Origin: Mobula hypostoma
Taxonomy: Eukaryota
NCBI RefSeq assembly: GCF_963921235.1
Contig: NC_086108.1
Coordinates: 59,956,001 to 60,020,000, forward strand
Direction of reading: 5' to 3'
Length of the DNA: 64,000 nucleotides
In this document: in pieces, positions 22,511 through 35,083 of the stretch
Numbering within the stretch: the stretch's first letter is position 1
Layout of the letters: each line of letters starts with the position of its first letter
Position numbers and translations under genes: made by a program
Notes under the pieces: model-generated
The model's input: the letters and a program-made list of their open reading frames with translations, nothing else
Told to the model about the DNA's origin: nothing
The model's database searches: none

Positions 22511-25500
22511 AAACAAGAGAAGATCTGCAGATGCTGGAAATGCAAGCAACACACACAAAGTGCTGGAGGAACTCAGCAGGCCAGGTAGCATCTATGGAAA
22601 AGAGTACAGTTGATGTTTCAGGTCGAGACCCTTTATCAGGACTGGAGAAAAAAGACGAGGAGTCAGAATTAGGAGGTGGGGGAACGGGGAGGGAGAAACA
22701 CAAGGTGATGGGTGAAACCAGGAGGAGAGGTGAAGTAAAGAGCTGGGAAGCTGATTGGTGAAAGAGACACAGGGCTGGAAAAGGGGGAATCCAATAGGAG
22801 AGAACAGAGGGCATTGAAGACAAAAAGAGGGAGGAGAACCAGAGAGGGGCGATGGGCAGGCTAGGAGATAAAGTGAGAGAGGAAAAAGATGGGAAATGAT
22901 GAAGTGGGGAGGGTGGTTGAGCAATGCCGGAAGTTCAAGAAATCAATATTCATGCCATCAGATTGGAGACTACTCAGAGGGAATATAAGGTGTTGCTCCT
23001 CCAACCTGAGTGTGTGGCCTCATCACGGCAGTAGAGGAGCCCATGGGTTGACATGTCGGAATGGGAATGGGAAGAGCAATTAAAATGGGTGGCCGCTGAG
23101 AGATCCCGCTTTTTCTGGGGGACATAGGCACATGGAAACATAAAAAACCTACAGCACAATACAGGCCCTTCGGCCCACAAAACTGTGCCAAACATGAACT
23201 ACCTAGGCTTTACCCATAGCCTTCTATTCTTCTAAGCTCCATGTAACCATCCAGGAGTCTCTTAAAAGACCCTATCGTTTCCGCCTCCACCACCACCGCC
23301 GGCAGCCCATTCCACACACTCACCACTCTCTGCGTAAAAAACTTACCCCTGACATCTCCTCTGTACCTACTTCCAAGCACCTTAAAGTTATGCCCTCTTG
23401 TGCTAGCCATTTCAGCCCTGGGGAAAAGCCTCTGACTATCCACACAATCAATGCCTCTCATTATCTTGAACACCTCTATCAGGTCACATCTCATCCTCCA
23501 TCACTGCAAGGAGAAAAGGCCGAGTTCACTCAACCTGTTCTCATAAGGCATGCTCCCCAATCCAGGAAACATCCTTGTAAATCTCCTCTGCACCCTTTCT
23601 ATGGTTTCCACATTCTTTCTATGGTGAGGTGACCAGAACTGAGCACAGTATTCCAAGTGGGGTCTGACCAGGGTCCTATATAGCTCCAACATTACTTCTC
23701 AGCTCTTAAACTCAATCCCATGGTTGATGAAGGCCAATGCACTGTATGCCTTCTTAACCACAGAGTCAACCTGCTTTGAGTGTCCAATGGACTCAGGCCC
23801 CAAGATCCCTCTGATCCTCCACACTGACAAGAGTCTTACCATTAATGCTATATTCTGCCATTATATTTGACCTACCAAAATGAACCACCTCACACTTAAC
23901 TGGGTGAAACTCCATCTGCCACTTCTCAGCCCAGTTTTGCATCCCATCAATGTCCCGCTGTAACCTCTGACAGCCCTCCACACTATCCACAACACCCCCA
24001 ATCTTTGTGTCATCAGCAAATTTACTAACCCATCCCTCCATTTCCTCATCCAGGTCATTTATAAAAATCACAAAGAGTAGGGGTCCCAGAACAGATCCCT
24101 GAGGCACACCACTGGTCACCAGCCTCCATGCAGAATATGACCCATCTACAACCACTCTTGACCTTCTCTAGGCAAGCCAGTTCTGGATCCACAAAGCAAT
24201 GTCCCCTTGGATCCCATACCTCCCTACTTTCTCAATAAATCTTGCATGGGGTACCTTATCAAATGGACCATAGGTGGTCAGTGCTCATCGAACGGATGGA
24301 CCATAGGTGCTTGGCAAAATGGTGCCTCAACCTATGTCAGGTCTCACCAATATACAAGAGGCCACACTGAGAGCACAGGATACAGTAAATGATCCCAACA
24401 GACCCACAGGTGGAGTGTCGCCTCACCTGCAAGGACTGTTTGGGACCCTGAATGGTAGTGAGGGAGGAGGTGTAGGAGCAGGTGTAGCACTTGTTCTTCT
24501 TGCAAGGATAAGTGCCAGGAGGGAGATCAGTGGGGAAGAATGAATGGACAAGGGAGTCACATAGGGAGTGATCCCCGTGGAAAGTAGAAAGTGGGGGGGG
24601 GGAGGGAAAGATGTGATTGGTGGTGTGATCCCGTTGTAGATGGCAGAAGTTATGGAGGATTATATGCTGGACACGGAGGCTGGTGATGTGATAGGTGAGG
24701 ACAAGAGGAACCCTACCCCTGATGGGGTGGCAAGAGGATGGGGTGAGGGAAGACTTGCACGAAATGAAAGAGATGTGGTTGAGGGCAGCATTGATGGTGA
24801 AGGCATGGAAGCCCCTTTCTTTGAAGAAGGAGGACATCTCCTTCGTTCTTGAATGAAAGGCCTCATCCTGAGAGCAGATGCGACAGACATGGAGGAATTG
24901 AGAGAAGGGGATGGCATTTTTACAAGTAACAGCAGTAGGAAGAGGTAAAGTCAAGGTAGATGTGACAATCAGTAGGTTTACAATAGAAATCAGTCGATAA
25001 GCTATCTCCAGAGATAAAGACAGAGAGATCAAGAAAGGGAAGGGAGGTGTCGGAAATGAACCAGGTAAATTTAAGGGCAAGATGGAAGTTGGAGGCAAAG
25101 TTGATGAAGTCAACGAGCTTGGCGTGGCTGCAAGAAGCAGCACCATTGTAGTCATCGATGTAGTGTAGAAAAACAGGGGGAGCGACGCCGGTGTAGACTT
25201 GGAACATAAACTGTTCCATTTAGCTGACAAAAAGGCAGGCATAGCTGGGACCCATGCAAGTGCCCATGGCTACAGCTTTTAGTTTGAAGGAAGTGGGAGG
25301 AGCCAAAGGAGAAATTATTGAGAGTGAGGACAAGTAATGCCATACAGAGGAGAGTGGTGGTAGAGGGGAACTGGTTAGGTCTGATGTCCAGAAAAAATGG
25401 AGAGCTTTGGGGTCTTCCTGGTGAGGGATGGAGGTGTACAGGGACTGAACATCCATGGTGAAAATAAGATGCTCGGGGCCCGGGAACTTGAAGTAATTGA

Positions 25501-25640
25501 AAAGATCCAGGACATGTGACGTGTCACAGATTCAGGTAGAAAGGGATTAAACCAAGGGGTAACACAGAGTCAAGGTATGCAGATATGAGTTCAGTGGGGC
25601 AGGAACAAGCACAAAGAACGGGTCTATCTGGGCAGGCAGG
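22511..25640 (-). mobile_element. Penelope-like element (Neptune-type), 5'-truncated, split by CR1
   Basis: RT motifs MDVQSLYTSIPH, AMGTCMGPSYACLF and FLHYIDD; Cys linker CKKNKCYTC; GIY-YIG endonuclease GIIYCILCSQCGLLYIGET, resuming after the CR1 with ATHFNCSSHSHSDM; pseudo-LTR at 22511-22645. Confidence 0.9.
23131..24262 (-). mobile_element. CR1 3' fragment (distinct subfamily) inside the Penelope
   Basis: VTSGVPQGSVLGPLLF..SKFADDTK; RPHLEYCAQFWSP; TRGHNFK..FFTQRVV; the 3' tail differs from other copies. Confidence 0.9.
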
Positions 25641-27989
25641 TTGAGTGGCCGCATTTTAGAAGCCACACTTTGTTCATTAGTCTCCTTGGGCCTACAGAGT
25701 ACATTAAAGCTTACACAAATAAGTGATAAACACAAATCCAGACATTCACTTTTTAATGGTTACTCATTGTTATCTCATTCATCCATGTCCAGACACACAA
25801 CGTTCCTTGGGCTTACAAACTATAATAAATGTTACAAAGAACAATAAACCTGAATTCAGCAATCAAACCACTCAAAACACATTCTCAGAGTTTACTCTAC
25901 AGACCTCACATGCTACAAGATCTGAAAGAGTTAATTGACCTGACAGACATTCATTCAATGTTTTACAAAATAATATGCTACAATGTTAAATCTCTGTTTG
26001 GAATGTGTTATCAAGGAATCTTTGGCAAGTAACTACATTATATTTAATAGTGCATGCCAGAAGAGTAATGGTGCGCCAGAGGTGCAGGGAGTGAATGTGA
26101 AGAATGATAAGATGAGTTGCCAGGGAAGGAGACTGCTTTGTCCTACATGGAGTTGAGCCGGATGGCATTGAACAAAAGAGTGGTGCTTTAGCTTGATCTG
26201 ATATAATGCCATCTTTTCCTCTCATCACTTTCTGAATCCCTGGCATATGCTTCTCAATTATTCAAAACTGACGTTAACCATCTGGGAAAATCTAGATAAT
26301 CACATTCATTAATGATATCTACTAATGCAAAATGCATTAAGAAAATCCATCAATGGTTTCATCAGTTGAACAACCATGAGGACACTGTAGGGAATAACAG
26401 TGTATGGGAATTTTATTGCCAATTAGGATACATGGTCCCAATGACTGGGATAGCAAAGCAAGTGAAAAACTGCATCTTCACACAGATATAAGAGAGCATA
26501 TGTATCAGTCCAATTATGATCATCTCTTCACACATCTAATCTTATATTTTGTATGTACAAGAAGTGTGTTTATTTCTTACATGGTCTATATTAAGACCAT
26601 ACGACATAGGAGCAGAATTAGGCTATTTGGCCCATCGACTGCCCTGCCATTAAATCATGGCTGATCCTTTTTTCCGCTCTTCAGCTCCATTCCCTAGCCT
26701 TCTCACCATAACCTTTGATGCTGTGTCCAATCAAAAACCTATTAATTTCTACCTTAAATATATCCAACAACCTGACCTCCACAGCTGCCAATGGTAATAA
26801 ATTCCACAAATTCACCATCCACTGGCTAAAGAAATTTCTACACATTCCTGTTTTAAATAGATGCCCCTCTATCCTGAGGCTGTGCCCTCTTGTCCTAGAC
26901 CCCCCCCCATGGGAAATATCCTTTCCACATCTACTCTGCCTAGGCCTTGCAATATTCAAAAGGTTTCAATGAGAACCCCTTTAATCTTCTAAATTGCAGT
27001 GAGTACAGACCCAGAGACATCAAACGTTCCTCATATGATCAACCTTTCATTCCCAAAATCATCTTTGTGAACTTCCTCTGAAACCTCTCCAATGCCAGCA
27101 CATCTTTTCTACGATGAGGAGCCCAAAACTGTGCACAATACTCAAATTAAAGCCTCACCAGTGCCTTATAAAGCCTCAGCATCAGATCTCTGCTCTTGTA
27201 TTTTAGATCTGTTGAAATGAATGCTAACATGGCATTTGCTTTCCTCACCACTGACTTTATCTGCAAGTTATCCTTTACGGTGTTCTTCACAAGGACTCAC
27301 AAGGCCCTTTGCATCTCAGATTTTTAGATTTTCTCCCCACTTAGAAAATAGTCTGCATCTTTATTTCTTCTATCAAAGTGCATGACCCTGCACCTTCTAA
27401 CATTGTATTTCACTTGCCACTTTCTTGCCTATTCTCCTAATTGGTTTACGTCTTTCTGCAGCCTTCCTAGTTCCTCAACCCTACCTGCCCCTCCTCCAAT
27501 CTTCCTATCATCTGCAAACCTGGCAACAAAGCCATCTATTCCATCATCTAAATCATTGATATACAGAATAAAAAGAAGCGGTCCCAACACCGACCTCTGC
27601 GGAACACCACTAGTCACTGACAGCCAACCAGAAAAGGATCCTTTTATTCCCACTCACTGCCTCCTACCAATCACCCAATACTCCAACCGTGCCAGCAAAT
27701 TTCCTGTCATCCCCTGGGCTCTTAACCTGGTAAACAGCCTCATGTGTAGAACTTTGTCAAAGGACTTCCGAAGTCCAAATATACAACATCCACTGAATCT
27801 CCACTATCTATCCTATGTGTAATCTCCTCAAAGAATTCCAATAGGTTCATCAGGCAATATTTTCCCTCAAGGAAACCATGCTGACTTCATCACATCTTGT
27901 CCTGTGTCACCAAGCACTCCATAACCACATTCTTAACAATTGAATTCAAGATCTTCCTAACCACTGAGGTCAGACTAACTGGTCTATAA

Positions 27990-28779
27990 TTCAAGATTGA
28001 AGATTCAAGATTCAAAAAACTTTATTGTCATTCTAACCATACATCAGCTCTGCAGGGCAGAATGAGACAGCGTTTCTCAGGGGCAGTGCTATCATAACAT
28101 AACAAATGCAACACTAAATAATAAACATAACAATAAATAGTAAAACACAACAGCCACATGTCAGTTAAAATCAGTTATAAGTGTCCAGTGCAAGTTAAAA
28201 GTGTCCAAAGCAGAGTCAGGTGGAGCAGCTATTTAGCAGTCTGACTGCCTGTGGGAGGAAGCTGTTCAGTAGCCTTGTGGTTTTAGTTTTGATGCTCCTG
28301 TAATGTTTGCCTGATGGCAGAAGAACAAACAGTTTATGGAGAGGGTGTGAGGGGTCTTTAATGAAGTACCGTGTCTTCTAGAGGCATTGACTCTGAAAGA
28401 GGTCTTGAACAGAAGGTAGGGAGACCCCAGTAACCTTCTCTGCTCCCCTAACCACCCTCTGCAAGGCTTTTTTGTCGACAGCACTGCAGCTGGAGTATCA
28501 GGTTGTGATGCAAAAGGTCAGCACACTTTCAACCACGCCTCTGTAGAATGTAGTTAAGATGTTAGTGGGGAGTGATTCTTGTTTAAGCTCCCTCAGAAAG
28601 TGCAATCTCTGCTGGGCCTGTTTCACAATCCCAGTGGTGTTCCTGGACCAGGCGAGATTGTCCAAGATCTGCACACCAAGGAACTTGATGTTTTCCACTC
28701 TCTCCACTGTGGAGCCGCTGATGCTGAGGGGTGTGTGCTCAGGCTGAGACCGTCTGAAATCGACGATCATCTCCTCAAG
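27990..28779 (-). mobile_element. Rex1/Babar-like LINE 3' fragment
   Basis: EMIVDFRR..VERVENIKFLG..KQAQQRLHFLR..FYRGVVESVLTFCI; (ttcaaga)n tail. Confidence 0.8.
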
Positions 28780-28790
28780 TAATTGCTTTA

Positions 28791-29031
28791 CATGAGGAAA
28801 CTGCAGATGCTGGAAATTCAACCAACACACATCAAAGTTGCTGGTGAATGCGGCAGGCCAGGCAGCATGTCTGGGAAGAGGTACAGTCGACGTTTCGGGC
28901 CGAGACCCTTGGTCACTAGCTCTTCTTTCAGTTAGTCCTGACGAAGGGTCTCGGCCCGAAACGTCAACTGTACCTCTTCCCAGAGATGCTGCCTGGCCTG
29001 CTGCATTCACCAGCAACTTTGATGTGTGTTG
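28791..29031. mobile_element. Palindromic Penelope pseudo-LTR-derived mini-insertion (third copy)
   Basis: Inverted arms ~28824-28914 and ~28939-29030. TSD-like ctataa(t/a)tgctttac, whose left copy is split by the Rex1 insertion. Confidence 0.8.
28934..28969 (+). ncRNA. Minimal type I hammerhead ribozyme motif in Penelope pseudo-LTR
   Basis: agtc-CTGACGA-a-ggg(tctcgg)ccc-GAAA-cg-TC-aact. It has the core boxes, stem II, a palindromic ACGT mini-stem III and a GUC site. Stem I has one mismatch here (gact in sister copies). Confidence 0.7.
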
Positions 29032-30488
29032 CTATAAATGCTTTACTGCTGCCTTCCTCCTTTCTTAAAGAGTGGAGTGACATTTGCAATTTTCCAGTCC
29101 TCTGACACCATGCCAGAGTCCAATGATTTTTGAAAGATCATTACTAATGCCTCCACAATCTCTACCACTACCTCTTTCACAACCCTAGGGTGCCATTGAT
29201 CTGGTCTGAGTGACTTATGTACCCTTAGATCTTTCAGCTTTTTGAGCACCTTCTCCCTTGTAACAGTAACTGCACTCACTTCTCTTCCCTCGCACCTTTC
29301 AACATCTGACACAGTCTTAGTGTCTTCCACAGTGAAGACTGATGCAAAATACTCATTTAATTCATCTGCCATCTGATTGGCTCCTGTTATTTCTCCAGCC
29401 TTGCTTTCTAGTGCTCCTATATTCACTTTCATTTGTCTTTTATTTTTACATAATTAAAAAAGTTTTTACTATCCACTTTAATATTGTTTGTTAGCTTGCT
29501 TTCATTTTTTATTTTTCCCCTCCTAATGATTCTTTTAGTTGCTCTCTGTAGGGTATTAGAGGTTCACCAATTCTCTGTCTTCCCGCTAATTATTGCTTTG
29601 TTGTACGCCCTCTTTTTAGTTTTTCATTAGCTTTGACTTTCCTTGTCAGCGAAGGTTGTACTATTTTGCCATTTAAGTATTTCTTCATTTTTGGAATACA
29701 TCTATCCTGTACCTTTCTCATTTTTCCTAGAAACTCACACCATTGCTGCTCTGCTGTCATCCTTGCCAGCATCTCCTTCCAATTTACCCTGGCCAACTCC
29801 TCTCTCATACCACTGTAATTTCCTTTATTCCACTGAAATACTGCTACTGTTAAGCGGAACTCAATCATATTGTGGTCACTGTCTCCTGAGGGTTCTTTTG
29901 CCTTAAGCTCCCTAATTGCCTTTGGTTCATTACATAACACCCAATCCAGTATAACTGATCCCTTAGTAGGCTCAACAACAAACTGCTCTAAAAAGCCATC
30001 TCGTAGGCATTCAACAAGCTCACTCTCTTGAGATCCATCTCCAACCTGATCTCCCAATCAACCCGCATGTTGAAATCTCCCTTGACCACAGTAACATTGC
30101 CCTTTTGACACACCATTTCTATTTTCGGTTGTAATCTGTAGTCCACACCCCAGCCACTGTTGGGAGGCCTGTATATAACTGCCATCAGTGTACTTTTACC
30201 CTTGCCCTTTCTTAACTCAACCCACAAGGATTCAATATCTTCTGATCCTATGTCACATCCTTCTACTGATTTGATGCCATTCTTTACCAGCAGAGCCATG
30301 CCATCCCCTCTGCAGACCTTCCTATCCCTCCAATACAACATGTAGCTTTGGACATTCAGCTCCCACCTACAACCATCCTTCCATCTTGATTCAGTGATGG
30401 CCACAAAATCATACCTGACAATCCATAATAGTGTAACAAGATCATCCACCATATTTTTTATAATCTGTGCATTGAGATATAATACTTT

Positions 30489-31491
30489 TCTCAAAATCAA
30501 ATAAAGGTTCAAAGGTTCGACTTCTAATTTTCTCCAAACTAAGACATAGCATCACTTGAGAGAACCATCGTGACAAAGTGGGAGCTGATGTATCCTTCCA
30601 CTTCTACAAGATGGCCCTCCTAGCTATCAATGTAACAAATGCAATAACATGGTGGTCAGACACAGAAATACCATGAATATTTTGAGGAATTATTCCAAAA
30701 AGCACAGTTAATTTATTAGGTTGTAGATTAATTTTAAGTGCTTTAGAAATTGTTGAAAAAACCAACTTCCAGAACTGTTCCAATATAAAACAAGACCAAA
30801 ACATATGTGCCAGTGTAGCTATCTCAGTTTTACATCTATCACAATGGCTATCAACATTAGAAAAGATTTTAGAAAGTTTCTCCTTCGTCAAATGATAACG
30901 ATGTACAATTTTAAATTGAATCAATAAATGGCTAGCACAAATTGAAGAAGAGTTAACCAGCTTCAAAATCCGCATCCAATCCTCCGTCATAAAAGTCAAA
31001 TTGAGCTCCTTTTCCCAATCCTGTTTAATCTTAGATAAAGGATGCTTATCCCATTGTAATAATAAATTATAAATTTTTCCAATAGAACCCTTGATTGAAG
31101 GATTCGTACTCATAATAGTATCTAACAGATCAGCCTCCAATATGTAAGGAAAATTACTTATGGGGCTCATTTGCTCGTTATTATCATTTGAGCTAATTGA
31201 TAGATTTTTTCCACGATCTTAATGTAAATTTTTTGGTGTATTTTCTTTTCTTGCTGGCGGGTTGATGTTTATTTTTAGAAGCTTTTTGTATGACGCATGG
31301 CTCCGGGGTTGTACACCTAATGGGTTCTTCTTTTTTTCTCACTTTTTCTGCTTAGTAGGTTTTTTTTGTTATCACAATCTTTTTTCAATCTTTAAGATAA
31401 TGTCTTTTTTGACACATTGTAAGTGTTGTTACTTCAATGTACTCGTGTTATTTCTTTTGTATAATACGACAATAAAAGATTTGAAAAGAAA
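30489..31491. mobile_element. L1-clade 3' fragment with 5' inversion
   Basis: Minus-strand ORF2 C-terminus (QFKIVHR..CDRC..HMFWSC..LEKI) at 30489-31157. Its continuation LWGSFARYYHLS* plus 3' UTR, AATAAA and A-rich tail is on the plus strand at 31158-31491. 15-bp TSD gag(a/c)tataatacttt. Confidence 0.85.
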
Positions 31492-33210
31492 GAGCTATAA
31501 TACTTTGAATGCTGCATTTGCTACCCATTTTGATTCTGCATCCCTAATGCACTGATACTCACATTGCTGGCTGTAATTATGTCCTATCATCTGCCTGTAC
31601 TTCCTGACAGTCTGGCTGCACACTATCTTTGCTTTTTACTATCCATCCTACCCTGAGTCCCTTCAATCCAGTTTCCATCTTCATGCCAAATTAATTTAAA
31701 CCCTCTCCAAAAGTTCTAACAAACCTCTCCATGAGAATATTGGTTACTCTCGGGTTCAGGAGCAACCTGTCAGTTTTGAACAGGTCATACCTCCCCCAGA
31801 AGAGATCCCAATGATCCAAGAACCTGAAGCCTTTCCCCAAGCACCAGCTTCTCAGCCACGTATTGTTTTGCCAAATCATTCTGTTTCTAGCCTCACTAGA
31901 AATTACTACCCGTACTACACTGAAAAATTTAATAAAATCTACTATTATCATTACTATTTAATCAAAGACTACTATTTCTGTACAGTGGAATTTATCTTTA
32001 GTTGTTTCATTGGAATATTTTATTATTTTCTTTAATTTTACAATAGTTTCTCCTGTTCAAGCTGACATTTCATAATTTCCTTTTCATGAGGAGAGAACAA
32101 TTTTATTCATGCTGATCTTCAGAAATCCTTGATACTCTCCTCTGGGTGGCTGAGCTAGCACATCAATAGTAAGAAAGTATTTATTAAAAATTGTTAACGA
32201 TTATATCACTGCACCTTTTTTTTAACTTCATGCCTGGTCCCTTCTGTATGAGAGCATCTGCTATTTTCTTGGTGTAAAAAGTCTTGGGCTCAGATCTAAA
32301 ATGCTGAAGGTCTGCCTGTTGTCAAAATAGGGAAGATAAGAACGGAAAAAGAACTAAGAGTATCAAGAGCGCATTGGTACAGCAATCACAGTTCAGTAGA
32401 AATAGGGAGATCTATGTTGTCTACCTGGTGATGACTCCAGTGAATGCAGAGATAGAATCTGTACCTGGTCATTCCATTTTTCTCTCCTTTTTGATGAACT
32501 TATCCAAAGGCTCAGGGTAAAAGCTTAAAATATCGATTAAAAAGCCTGACAAAAAAATTCAGTTAGGAAAACAGCTGCAGATCATGATTTGGAAACTAAA
32601 TTGAGTCCTAAAACACGAAGGAAGAGGTAAACCATTGGAATAACTCAAGATGATCTTTCATTAGCCTTGCCTACTCTAACGTACTATCATATTTTCCATT
32701 AGGGGTCATTCACATTTCTCTCTGACTGTTTTTTGCTTGGGACTTGTAATTCACTGAAACATGGTCTGTGTTTTACTGCTGGGAAGCAAGCAGACATTTA
32801 ATTATTGGAGATCCTGGGCCACTGTGTTAAATCTGTTGAAAATTAAGGTGGATTCTCTCCATTCTAATGGAACAAGGAAGACATGTGATATACCTACTCC
32901 GCAACAATAACAGTAACTTGAATAGTCAGTCTAGTTAGGAGCTTTGTGCAGTTGCGTGAATATAACTTAGGAGTTTTGCGCTTTCTGCACACATGCAATT
33001 ATCTCATTGCATCATGCACTCAAACATGTGATTCATTTACATATCCACATGCTTAAAAAAATTAATTTCGCCTTCAAATGTTTGCAGATTGTCTGTTATT
33101 AGGCTTACTCAGATACCTGGACTTCCTAAATTGCACTTGGATCTTTGTCATTTTACTAATTTACTGATCTGGGCAATGTATGACACATGAACTCAAGTCA
33201 CCGTTCAACT

Positions 33211-33345
33211 GAGTCCTCATGAGGGGTCTTGGCCCGAAAAGTCAACCGTGTTCTTTTCCATAGATTCTGTCTGGCCTGCTGAGTTCCTTCAGCATTTTGT
33301 CTGTGTGGTGCTTGGATTTCCAGCATCTGCAGATTTTCTCCTGTT
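33211..33345 (+). mobile_element. Older Penelope pseudo-LTR fragment
   Basis: gtcctcatgaggggtcttggcccgaaa...ccagcatctgcagattttctc is homologous to 22511-22645. Confidence 0.75.
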
Positions 33346-34186
33346 CACCATTGACCTCCACCTTCTCTTCCATGGTTGTTTATCCATAGCTGAAATAACT
33401 TCATCAACACAAGGCTAGAGCATGTCACTCACTACAATCATTTTGTCAATATGGATAAGTCTGACCTTACATCAATTTGAACAAGATTTCGCTGAGTACT
33501 GCAGACATTTACTGTCACCCCAGGATTCCATTACTATGTCTCATATCTGTTCATGGTCTTAGCACTTTCGCTTTTTCATGTTACTTGAACAACTTTGGTT
33601 CGGAGCTAAATCATGATTTGGCTTTCTTTAACTCCTGTTCCTCTGCCTTCTTCACTGAACTGCACTGTAATAAACCCAATCAGGTACGAAGTATGAAATA
33701 TTTCACCAGATCTGCTGGTGAATCCTATGGTGGAATTTAGTTGGCCAGACTCAAACAATTTTGGAAAACTTGTCTTTTCAAAGCTTTCTTAAGAATGCTT
33801 ACAGACCTCCCAGCTGCATTATTTGAGGGGCAGATGATCTTTGGGAATTAAAGCATGTGTGGCATCATTCCTCCAGATAAAACATTCAAGTCAATATGAT
33901 CCGAATTGAAGTCCAATATCTGACACCAACTTTCTAGTAGTGAGAACACATCTTCACCTTACAACTGGTGGAAGATGACTTTTGCTAACACATTCAGTAA
34001 TCGGCGCTGACCATTCAGAATTTTACAATGGACGGAGAAATCTCTGAACTGAGAAGAGCTGTGCAGTCAAATATAGAGAGAAGACAGTATTTCCAACAGG
34101 AGGTGACGTGAGACAGGGTAGGATCCAGGTGTCCATCGACTATGTGAAGCAGCTTATGCTAATTCCAAGTAACAGCATATATGTGT

Positions 34187-34189
<3 letters not shown>

Positions 34190-34231
<42 letters not shown>
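34190..34231. repeat. (CA)n microsatellite
   Basis: Direct observation. Confidence 0.95.
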
Positions 34232-34232
<1 letters not shown>

Positions 34233-35083
34233 CATGCCATCCAGTACGCAGCTTTGAACCCCACATCTCAGCTCTGGGCAGATGCATCCCTCAGAAATAG
34301 CTTCTTCCCACTCAGCTGTGGGAAGTACATTGCCAGAAAGATACCCGGTTCCCAGCATGGCTGTATTCTGCCGCAGAGATCTCAGGGATCCATGCCGTGT
34401 TCTTGGTGCAGTAGTGAGAAGGGGAGGAATTCACACCAGAGTTTTGACTCTGCTGTTGTGCACAGTCTCAAAGAAAGCAGCAGTTTGTGCCTGGTTCTCA
34501 GCACAGCAGCACATAGTACGTAACCTTGAGTAAATGTTTTTATTTTAAAGACAGGTACATACCTGTGAATGACCTAGATCCTGATAACAAATCAACGGTT
34601 CTGAGTGGTATACTTCAGCAGAGTATGCTGAGATTAACTGTACTTTCTGTCAGAGACAGATGGTTGAGTTTACTGCTGCTGTATTGATGTTTATCTCCAC
34701 TGAATAGTCATTTATCTGCACTTTGATTTTGTACTCCTAATTCCTACCACTACCATTGATTATGCTAATACCACACCACCCTAATTGGATCCTTTCCAAA
34801 CTGTCCAAATTTCCAATTTTTTTATGAGCTAAATGCCATTAACTTTCTGTTGTAGCTTCCAGATTAGTAAGCATGTGACCCTAATATAGTTGATTCTTCA
34901 CTGCCTCCCCTGGTCAAGGACAATTACTAATGGGTAATTAACAAGGGCTTTCTTAGTGATATCTGCATCCAATTTGCAAGCAAATAAAAAACTAAATATT
35001 TTCCAGGGAAAGGATTATGATCATGCTTTTTGATCCATTTTTAAAAGTTGTGAACATGAATTTAATGCAATTGATTTAAATAT

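Larger units (their letters stand above)
16695..25982. mobile_element. Solo LTR (~0.8 kb, in pieces ~16695-16867, ~22219-22510, ~25640-25982) expanded by nested insertions
   Basis: Termini TGTAG...CTACA; exact 5-bp TSD atgtt at 16690-16694 and 25983-25987; the three pieces align co-linearly with the intact solo LTR at 40070-40830. Confidence 0.8.
26592..31900 (-). mobile_element. Long decayed CR1 LINE (ORF1 esterase C-terminus to 3' tail) with three nested insertions
   Basis: ORF1 WLRSWC..GFRFLDHWDLFWGR; APE YLNAQII..AITESRW..IYRPPN..GDFN..SDHNMIEF; RT WKIANVTPLFKKG and FADD; CR1 tail. Confidence 0.9.

Noticed and set aside
28498..29016. 172-aa ORF and similar MLVNAAGQAA ORFs
   Set aside because: Artefacts of the Penelope hairpin joined to a Rex1 fragment.
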